From assembly GCA_040256005.1 (NCBI GenBank), contig JBDZWC010000095.1:1-11936 (forward strand): a stretch of 11,936 nucleotides of DNA. Direction: 5' to 3'. This document shows, in pieces, positions 1 to 10,595 of this stretch. The notes under the pieces are model-generated. The model made no database searches and was not told the origin of the DNA. It saw nothing but the letters and a program-made list of their open reading frames with translations. Each line of letters begins with the position of its first letter. Position 1 is the first letter of the stretch. The translations under genes and the position numbers were made by a program. Source of the stretch: Deinococcaceae bacterium. GTDB lineage: Bacteria; Deinococcota; Deinococci; Deinococcales; Trueperaceae.

Positions 1-53
1 ACCTACGACCAATCGGTTAACAGCCGATCGCTCTGCCACTGAGCTACCGCCGA
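1..53 (-). tRNA. tRNA-Asn (anticodon GTT), 3' part truncated by the window edge
   Basis: Reverse complement reads TCGGCGG-TA-GCTCAGTGGCAGAGC-G-ATCGG-CTGTTAA-CCGAT-TGGTC-GTAGG-T...: acceptor 5' strand, D arm (GCTC/GAGC), anticodon stem ATCGG/CCGAT with GTT (+ strand 19-21), variable loop and start of the T arm. Confidence 0.96.
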
Positions 54-95
54 ACGCACGAAGCGGCGAGGCGTAGCCTCGCGACAACGGAAGCC

Positions 96-124
96 AGTCT
101 ATCAGAGCGGTACTGGGCCGTAAA
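96..124 (-). promoter_or_regulatory. sigma70/SigA-type promoter of tRNA-Asn
   Basis: Minus strand TTTACG (124-119), 17 nt spacer, TAGACT (101-96) with extended -10 TG (104-103). The leader contains the hairpin GCGAGGC-N3-GCCTCGC (66-82). Confidence 0.7.
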
Positions 125-324
125 GAAACGTGCCCACACGGCCGGCCGTTCCGGCCCGGATCTCGAGGACCCCGAGGCACTCCAGACCGGGCCGAGTGAA
201 GCAACCCATCTCTTGGCGCAGCGCATGACCCGCTGGGCGGCCCGGGAAACCTTCCCGTGAGCAGCCCGAACCAGGCCGTTCGGCGCGGTTTGAGGTGCCA
301 GCGTGCCAGGATCCCTGCATCACC

Positions 325-353
325 TTGACGAATCGTGCATATCGGAGTATGAT
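325..353 (+). promoter_or_regulatory. near-consensus sigma70/SigA promoter with no downstream + strand gene
   Basis: TTGACG (325-330), exactly 17 nt, TATGAT (348-353), in a locally AT-rich patch of a very GC-rich sequence. Confidence 0.7.
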
Positions 354-363
354 TCTCTTTATC

Positions 364-391
364 AGCGCGCGGGAAGCGCGCTTCTTTCGTT
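364..391 (+). terminator. hairpin plus T-rich tail (terminator/attenuator-like or leader hairpin)
   Basis: AGCGCGC-GGGAA-GCGCGCT (364-382) followed by TCTTTCGTT. Confidence 0.4.
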
Positions 392-448
392 TAAGGTCCA
401 AGCGGTTCCAACCAAACGTTCGACGAGGTGCACCTGCGTCCGAGGACG

Positions 449-1534
449 TCAGGCGTCCACCCGCGCGACGCCAGGGGTCAGCAGGACGAAGTCGGGACCG
501 AAGGCCGCGCCGGCCGTCTGCAGGCCCGGCACGGCGCGGCCGGTGAGCCCGCGCTCGGCCGCGTTGAGGGCCGTGCTGACGGTCCAGACGACGGCACCCT
601 CGGGGCCGTGAAGCCTGGCGGCCACGCGCCCACCGGCGTCGTCGCGCGCCTCCGCCCAGACGACAGTGCTCGATCGGCGCCTCTGATCGGCGGTGGACCC
701 GCCGCGCACGAACCTCGCCAGCACGTCGCGGACCGGGCGAGGCGACAGCATCCGCCTCAGCGTTCTGAGCCCCAGGTAGCCTGCCAGCGCGACCGGCGGC
801 AGAGCGACGTAGGCTTCGACGTCCCCGACGCCGGTGGTCCGGTTCACTACCAGCGTGTCCGCCGCCTGGTATCGCACAGCGGTCACCGGCCCATCACCGA
901 AGTCGATGGTCCCGGAGGCCGTCCCACCGACCTCGACCGGTCGGCCGCCCCGGACGACCTTGTCCGGCAGGTGGGCCAGGCGGATCATCGTCTTCAGGGT
1001 CCCCGGGGGCAGCCCGGCCGGCCCGGAGTAGCGGAGCCCCAGCCGGACTGTGGTCGCGGACGGCAGCCGGGCGCATAGGTACGCGGCCAGGCAGTCCGCC
1101 GGGACCGAGTCGAGGCCGGCCGCCGGCAGCAGCATGACGCCGCGCTCCCTGGCCGCTGCCCCGAGCTCGGCCATGCCGATCAGCACGTCCATCTCCCCCG
1201 TGATGTCGACGTAGTGGGCGCCGACCTCCAGGCACGCCTCGACCAGCGGCCGCCAGGTGAACGCGAAGGGGCCGGCCATGTTGAGGACCACTGTTACGCC
1301 AGCCAGGCCCTCTCGTACCTGTCCCGGGTCGTCCAAGGCGAAGACCTTAGGCTCGAGGCCCGCCTCGTGCGCCACGCGACCTATGGCCTGGCCGTCCCGG
1401 CCGGCCACGATGGGGTGCCAACCTCTGGCCCTGGCCTCCTCGACGGCGGCTCGCCCCACGAAGCCGTTGGCTCCGTAGATCAGGAGCCTCCCCATGCCGG
1501 CGTCCCGGGCGGCCGCCACGCCCGAGCCGTTCAT
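449..1534 (-). CDS. saccharopine dehydrogenase NADP-binding domain protein (trans-acting enoyl reductase-like oxidoreductase)
   Basis: 361 aa ORF with Rossmann motif LLIYGANGFVG and family motifs VAGRD, VLNMAGPF, HYVDITGE, AAGLDSVPAD. The ATG overlaps the upstream stop (ATGA at 1534-1531); an alternative start is the Met of MGRLLIYG. Confidence 0.88.
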   Translation of the reverse strand: MNGSGVAAARDAGMGRLLIYGANGFVGRAAVEEARARGWHPIVAGRDGQAIGRVAHEAGLEPKVFALDDPGQVREGLAGVTVVLNMAGPFAFTWRPLVEACLEVGAHYVDITGEMDVLIGMAELGAAARERGVMLLPAAGLDSVPADCLAAYLCARLPSATTVRLGLRYSGPAGLPPGTLKTMIRLAHLPDKVVRGGRPVEVGGTASGTIDFGDGPVTAVRYQAADTLVVNRTTGVGDVEAYVALPPVALAGYLGLRTLRRMLSPRPVRDVLARFVRGGSTADQRRRSSTVVWAEARDDAGGRVAARLHGPEGAVVWTVSTALNAAERGLTGRAVPGLQTAGAAFGPDFVLLTPGVARVDA

Positions 1535-1929
1535 GACCCGGCGAGACGTCCACGGAGGTCCGTCTCACCGGCGCGATCGAACCGGGCGAGCAACGTTGGC
1601 GGCGCCACGCTCCTGAAGGCCTCCACGAGCAACCCTTCGATCTCAGCGGCTTCGGCGCCGGTATCCAGGTACATGCCGAGCCAGCCCCTATGTCCTACGT
1701 AGGGCGGACGGAAGTATGTACCTGGGTCACGCGCCACGAGAGCCTCCTGCGCACCCGGCGGCGCCGCGCACCAGAGATGCGGCCGAGAGACGTCGTGATG
1801 GGCTGCGTGATACGTGGCGAACTGCCTCTTGCCGCGAACGAACCAGGCGGGGTGACCATGGCTGGGTCGCTCCTCCACTGCCGGGAAGGAGAGGCAGACC
1901 GAGCGCACGAGGTCCTCGGGCGAGACCAT
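1531..1929 (-). CDS. MmcQ/YjbR family DNA-binding protein
   Basis: 132 aa ORF with typical segments CLSFPAVEERPSHGHPAWFVRGK, LWCAAPPGAQEALV, YFRPPYVGHRGWLG. Confidence 0.88.
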   Translation of the reverse strand: MVSPEDLVRSVCLSFPAVEERPSHGHPAWFVRGKRQFATYHAAHHDVSRPHLWCAAPPGAQEALVARDPGTYFRPPYVGHRGWLGMYLDTGAEAAEIEGLLVEAFRSVAPPTLLARFDRAGETDLRGRLAGS

Positions 1930-1935
1930 GCCGCG

Positions 1936-1941
1936 AGTCTA
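1936..1941 (-). promoter_or_regulatory. -10 element of leaderless yjbR-like transcript
   Basis: TAGACT, 6 nt, then ATG at 1929; no Shine-Dalgarno sequence. Confidence 0.65.
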
Positions 1942-2052
1942 CGGCGCTGATCGTTGCCGCACCGTCCCGCAGGTCGCGTCGCTAGGGCTCTGGCCGGCGC
2001 TGTCCACGCTGCCGCTCCAGCGCCGTGCGCAGCGCGGACCGCGCTAGCGGTT

Positions 2053-2058
2053 TAGCAT
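2053..2058 (+). promoter_or_regulatory. -10 element of leaderless mazG-like transcript
   Basis: TAGCAT, 6 nt, then ATG at 2065; no Shine-Dalgarno sequence. Confidence 0.65.
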
Positions 2059-2064
2059 CGCCAG

Positions 2065-2403
2065 ATGACCCTCGACGAGTACCAACAGGCAGCCAGGTCC
2101 ACGGCTCTCTACCCGCGCGAGGTGAGCGTCCTCTACCCCACCCTCAAGCTGGCTGGCGAGGCCGGCGAGGTGGCCGAGAAGCTGGGCAAGCTGATGCGAG
2201 ACGAGGCTTACCTGCCTGGAGCGCAACTGAGCAGCGCCCAGCGCGGCGCCCTATCGGCGGAGCTGGGTGACGTCTTGTGGTACGTCGCCAACCTGGCGGC
2301 GGACCTGGGGTTGTCGCTCGAGGAGGTGGGCGCCAACAACCTCGCTAAGCTCGCCAGCCGCAAGGCCAGAGGCGTGCTACATGGGAGCGGCGACGACCGC
2401 TGA
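2065..2403 (+). CDS. MazG-like nucleoside triphosphate pyrophosphohydrolase (single domain)
   Basis: 112 aa ORF: YQQAARSTALYP, LAGEAGEVAEK (ExxE), ELGDVLWYVA (ExxD), NLAKLASRKARG-L-GSGDDR C-terminus typical of the small MazG-like family. Confidence 0.9.
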   Translation: MTLDEYQQAARSTALYPREVSVLYPTLKLAGEAGEVAEKLGKLMRDEAYLPGAQLSSAQRGALSAELGDVLWYVANLAADLGLSLEEVGANNLAKLASRKARGVLHGSGDDR

Positions 2404-2405
2404 GA

Positions 2406-2425
2406 GGCCGCCACGCGGCGCGGCC
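2406..2425. terminator. hairpin between convergent genes
   Basis: GGCCGC-N8-GCGGCC in the 40 nt gap between two convergent stops; no U tract. Confidence 0.3.
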
Positions 2426-2443
2426 CTGTGCCCGGCCGACCCT

Positions 2444-2782
2444 CTAGGCCTCCACGATCGACTTGAGGACGACGGCCTGGTTGTGCTCCCTGTCCTTGGC
2501 GCCGAACACGAGCGTGACGACGCCGCTGGCGCTCAGCTGCCTGAGCCTCTCCAGGTCCTCGCTCCCGTTCAATTCCGCCCTGTAGCGATCCGCGAACTCC
2601 TCGAACCGCTTGGCGTCGTGCGAGAACCACTTGCGCAGGTCCTCGCTGGGTGCCAGACCCTTGGCCCACCAATCTATGGCCGCGCGCTCCTTCGTGACGC
2701 CCCGGGGCCAGATCCGGTCCACGAGCACCCGCGTGCCGTCGTCCTCCGCCTTCTCGTCGTACGCCCTCTTGAGCTTCACCAT
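2444..2782 (-). CDS. DUF488 / YeaO family protein
   Basis: 112 aa ORF: KLKRAY, DDGTRVLVDRIWPRGVTKE, LAPSEDLRKWFSHD, F..RYRAEL, VTLVFGAKDREHNQAVVL. Confidence 0.92.
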   Translation of the reverse strand: MVKLKRAYDEKAEDDGTRVLVDRIWPRGVTKERAAIDWWAKGLAPSEDLRKWFSHDAKRFEEFADRYRAELNGSEDLERLRQLSASGVVTLVFGAKDREHNQAVVLKSIVEA

Positions 2783-2788
2783 GCAGCG

Positions 2789-2794
2789 AGCCTA
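2789..2794 (-). promoter_or_regulatory. -10 element of leaderless DUF488 transcript
   Basis: TAGGCT, 6 nt, then ATG at 2782; no Shine-Dalgarno sequence. Confidence 0.6.
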
Positions 2795-2890
2795 GCGCCG
2801 TGAACAGCGTCCTGTCCGGCTCTTAGAGACCGCTGCCGGGCGGGTCTAGGCCGGAGCCGACCGAAGGTCCTGGAGCAGTCCCCGACCCGC

Positions 2891-3481
2891 CTAGGCTTCC
2901 TCTGCCACCTGCTCGACCGCGTGTAGCCCTGACCTCACCTGCTCCACCCACTCCTGGAACGAGGCCATCACCGACTTGAGGAACTCCTCGGTGTCCTTCA
3001 CCGTCACGTTGCCGTCCATGTCTATCAGGTCCGTGGGCTTGAAGGCGATGTAGACCTCGGGCTGGCCCATGGCCGGCACCTCGAGGTACGCCAGCGTGCT
3101 GCGAAGGTGAGCCTGTGCGACCGCGGTGCCGATGTTGCCGGAGGACACCCCAGCGATCAGGGCGGGCTTGCCCACGAACGAGTTCTGGCCGTAGGGACGG
3201 GACGCCCAATCGATCGCGTTCTTCAGGACGCCCGGCACCGAGCGGTTGTACTCCGGCGTGACGAACATGAGCGCGTCTGCCGCCTCGATCGTGTCCTTGA
3301 GCTTCCTGACCGTGGACGGTAAGGGCTCTTCCTCGTCCGCGTCGTAGTACGGCACCTCGTCGATGCGGACGTGCGTGTAGTTCCAGTCGTCGGGACCCAG
3401 CTTCTCCAACGCCAACGCGAGGCGATGGTTGTACGACTTGTCTCTCAGGCTGCCTACCAGCACAGCGACATCGGTGGACAT
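2891..3481 (-). CDS. NADPH-dependent FMN reductase (ChrR/YieF-like flavodoxin fold)
   Basis: Motifs VGSLRDKSYN, FVTPEYNRSVPGVLKNAIDWASRP, GTAVAQAHLR. Start revised from 3541 to ATG 3481 (MSTDVAVLVGS) because AGGAGG (3493-3488) lies 6 nt upstream; 196 aa. Confidence 0.92.
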   Translation of the reverse strand: MSTDVAVLVGSLRDKSYNHRLALALEKLGPDDWNYTHVRIDEVPYYDADEEEPLPSTVRKLKDTIEAADALMFVTPEYNRSVPGVLKNAIDWASRPYGQNSFVGKPALIAGVSSGNIGTAVAQAHLRSTLAYLEVPAMGQPEVYIAFKPTDLIDMDGNVTVKDTEEFLKSVMASFQEWVEQVRSGLHAVEQVAEEA

Positions 3482-3579
3482 GGGGTGCCTCCTGGTGCCA
3501 TCTCCCTCGTGTAGCGGGCGACGGGCGTTGCTCAAGACCATAGGGATCGGAGGTATTAGCGCCGTGATAGGTACGTGTA

Positions 3580-3598
3580 TCGGAGCTGAAGCCTCCGA
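3580..3598 (-). terminator. stem-loop directly after the FAD oxidoreductase stop
   Basis: TCGGAG-GCTTCAG-CTCCGA immediately 3' of the TAG at 3601-3599; no clear U tract. Confidence 0.35.
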
Positions 3599-4723
3599 CT
3601 AGCCCACGAGATCGGGGAACGACCCTCGGCCGAAGAAGACCTTGTGGACTACGCCTCGGAAGGGAGGTAGTCGCAGCACGGCGCACCCGAGCTCGGCCAC
3701 GGCTGGGGCTCGGACCGAGGCCAGTACCCGTCGCAGCAGCAGCCGACTCCGGAAGTGGCGTCGGAGGGCTTCGCCGCTGTAGCGAGCCAGGGCCTGACCG
3801 TTTCCGGCCGCCAGGTAGTCGGTCGTGACGCCCGCGGCGAGCTCGGACAGCCTCAGGCAGGGGTCCAGTCCTCCGGCGGTGAGTGGCGATACCGCGCCGG
3901 CGGCGTCACCCACCAGCAGGCCACGGGCGTTGGCGATGCGTGGCAGCACGCCGCCGACGGGGATGCGCCCGCCCCGACGCTCGCTGATCTCGGCACCACG
4001 GAGGTGGAACCGGTCGGCGACCTGGTCGCTGAACCGTCTTAGCGCCTCGGCCGGCACGAAGCGCGCCGGGTAGCCTCCCACGCCGACGTGTACCTCCTCC
4101 CCGTCGTCGACGACCCAGGCGATGTAACCGGGGGCCAGTGCGGGGTCGAGCCAGACGTGGAACGCGGGACGGTGGGTGGTGTGAGCGCGGTGGTACACCT
4201 CTTCCGCGCCCACTATCCACTCACGGTTGGCGTCGAGGCCGAGAGCCGGCCCCACCTGGGAGGTAGCTCCGTCGGCCCCGATGACGAAGCGCGCCCGGGC
4301 TCGCCACGAGCGGCCGCCGGTCTGGAACGTGGCGGCCGAGCCCTGTGGCAGAGGGTCGAGACCGGTGAGGGTCGTCTCGGGCGACCACGTGACGCCCAGA
4401 TGGAGACAGGTGTCCAGTTCTCGGCGGTAGAGCTCCGCCATGCGCCCGACCCTGAACTCGTCGAGGCGGCTCTCGAGCGCCAGCGCCTTGCCGCTCGGCG
4501 AGTACAGGACCACGCGGCGTACGGGCGGCCCCAGACAGTCGTGCGGCAGCTCGAAGCTCTCAAGGGTCCGCCTGACGAAGATGCCCGTCGTATGGACGTG
4601 CTGGTCCACTGACCTCTTGCGATCGACCAGGAGCACTGAGGCACCCGTCAGGCCCAGGCGCCGAGCGCACTCCAGGCCGGCTAGCCCTGCCCCCACTACG
4701 AGCACGTCGTAAAGCTGGCTCAC
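3599..4723 (-). CDS. NAD(P)/FAD-dependent oxidoreductase, geranylgeranyl reductase/FixC-like family
   Basis: FAD-binding motifs YDVLVVGAGLAG, VIGADGATS, LLVGDAAGAVSPLTAGG. GTG 4723 is preferred as start (374 aa); TTG 4750 is the alternative. Confidence 0.88.
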   Translation of the reverse strand: MSQLYDVLVVGAGLAGLECARRLGLTGASVLLVDRKRSVDQHVHTTGIFVRRTLESFELPHDCLGPPVRRVVLYSPSGKALALESRLDEFRVGRMAELYRRELDTCLHLGVTWSPETTLTGLDPLPQGSAATFQTGGRSWRARARFVIGADGATSQVGPALGLDANREWIVGAEEVYHRAHTTHRPAFHVWLDPALAPGYIAWVVDDGEEVHVGVGGYPARFVPAEALRRFSDQVADRFHLRGAEISERRGGRIPVGGVLPRIANARGLLVGDAAGAVSPLTAGGLDPCLRLSELAAGVTTDYLAAGNGQALARYSGEALRRHFRSRLLLRRVLASVRAPAVAELGCAVLRLPPFRGVVHKVFFGRGSFPDLVG

Positions 4724-4794
4724 GGGAGGGGACCGTCCCTCTCGGGCCAACGCTTCGGGCGCTGGGACGCAGGGGTCCTCGAGGTCGGGCGCAC
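4720..4794 (-). CDS. candidate 24 aa leaderless uORF (MRPTSRTPASQRPKRWPERDGPLP)
   Basis: TAGCTT (4806-4801), 6 nt, GTG 4794; the frame closes on TGA (4722-4720), overlapping the GTG of the oxidoreductase (GTGA). Confidence 0.35.
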   Translation of the reverse strand: MRPTSRTPASQRPKRWPERDGPLP

Positions 4795-4800
4795 ACGTCG

Positions 4801-4806
4801 AAGCTA
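4801..4806 (-). promoter_or_regulatory. putative -10 element upstream of the FAD oxidoreductase
   Basis: TAGCTT fits the TANNNT pattern seen at the other genes; no convincing -35. Confidence 0.4.
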
Positions 4807-4911
4807 GGCCGCCTGCGTACCCCTTGCCACGTCGCTTCCTTGCAGCGAAGGGTGGTCGGCTTACGTCGACGTCACCTGGTCACGGGCAGTCGGCATGCGC
4901 CAGGCGGCAGA

Positions 4912-4941
4912 GGAAGGGCCCGCATCGCGGCGGTCCCTTCC
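4912..4941 (-). terminator. putative terminator hairpin after nrdJ
   Basis: + strand GGAAGGGCCCGC-N6-GCGGTCCCTTCC, 11 of 12 bp paired, 20 nt downstream of the nrdJ stop; weak pyrimidine tail. Confidence 0.55.
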
Positions 4942-4961
4942 CCAGCGCATATCTCAGTCGC

Positions 4962-10115
<5,154 letters not shown>

Positions 10116-10156
10116 TTCCCCTCGACGTCGGTCGGCGCCCAGACTGGACGAGACTC

Positions 10157-10220
10157 GGCAGGTGTCAGGTGGTTCCCGCGCCCCGCTCGGATCACTGTCC
10201 GACGGGCCACCTGGACTGCC
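10157..10220 (-). other. long nested stem-loop in the predicted nrdJ 5' UTR (candidate cis-regulatory RNA)
   Basis: Minus strand GGCAG-TC-CAGGTGG-CCCG-TCGGA-CAGTGA-TCCGA-GCGGGGCG-CGGG-AA-CCACCTG-ACAC-CTGCC gives four nested helices (5+7+4+5 bp). Confidence 0.45.
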
Positions 10221-10261
10221 TCTACCTTGTGGCTGGCGCGCCCCCGAACGGAGGCACTCAC

Positions 10262-10277
10262 CTACAAGATGTTGTAT
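10262..10277. promoter_or_regulatory. NrdR box
   Basis: CTACAAGATGTTGTAT resembles the NrdR consensus acaCwAtATaTwGtgt (core CAAGATGTTG, 8/10). It overlaps the predicted nrdJ transcription start. Confidence 0.75.
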
Positions 10278-10282
10278 CCGCC

Positions 10283-10288
10283 AGTCTA
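10283..10288 (-). promoter_or_regulatory. putative -10 element of the nrdJ promoter
   Basis: TAGACT, identical to the tRNA and yjbR-like -10 hexamers, 5 nt upstream of the NrdR box; implies a 5' UTR of about 160 nt. Confidence 0.6.
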
Positions 10289-10329
10289 GCGCCTACCAAT
10301 GGTGGCGATGTAGTGATTCTAACTCGCTA

Positions 10330-10558
10330 TCGATCAGGGCATACGAGGTTCGGACGAGCGGCCTTTCGAAAGCGGCTCAGGAGGCGCTTCTTCGGCCGTC
10401 GGCGTGCCCCTCGCGCAGCTCCTGGCCCCCCATCTCCGGGCCGTCACGTTCGACAGGCGCGGTCGGGCGACAGTGGCGAGGGTTCCGCGTACGCGGTGGA
10501 TGAGGCAGGCACCCCATTGGCCGGGCCTGGTGGCCATGGCGCATAGGCTCCCTCGACT
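10330..10558 (+). pseudogene. degraded alpha/beta-fold hydrolase relic (frameshifts plus a large internal deletion)
   Basis: Pieces in different frames: SIRAYEVRTSG (10330-), GGASSAVGVPLAQLLAPHLRAVTFDRRGR (10380-10466), then -1 shift to GDSGEGSAYAVD (10466-10501), then MRQAPHWPGLVAMAHRLP (10500-10553). From memory these match the family pattern IAYE..GSGP...PLA.LLAPHFTV..YDRRGRGDSGD...YAVE and MR..P.WP.L.A.AHTLPYD. Confidence 0.65.
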
Positions 10559-10595
10559 GGCTCGGCATCGAGGCCTGAGCACGTCGAGCTTCGGC

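Noticed and set aside
162..173. 12-mer CTCGAGGACCCC also present on the minus strand near 4772-4783
   Set aside because: A single short GC-rich match in inverted orientation, with no integrase or transposase in the window; likely chance rather than an att site or terminal repeat.
102..401. 99 aa minus-strand ORF over the tRNA upstream region
   Set aside because: Overlaps both promoters, has atypical composition and no recognisable family.
2065..2403. MazG-like gene as a sign of a prophage or anti-phage island
   Set aside because: Codon usage and promoter style match the host, and there are no phage, integrase or defence genes nearby.
3482..3541. N-terminal extension of the FMN reductase to 3541; also GGAGATGG as a possible fluoride riboswitch start
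   Set aside because: A strong AGGAGG supports ATG 3481, and the remaining fluoride riboswitch elements are missing.
10116..10280. Canonical cobalamin riboswitch upstream of nrdJ
   Set aside because: Only ACCTGCC resembles the B12 box. The GGGAA / CGGTG..AA.TCCG / GCcACTG elements are not present in the right order.
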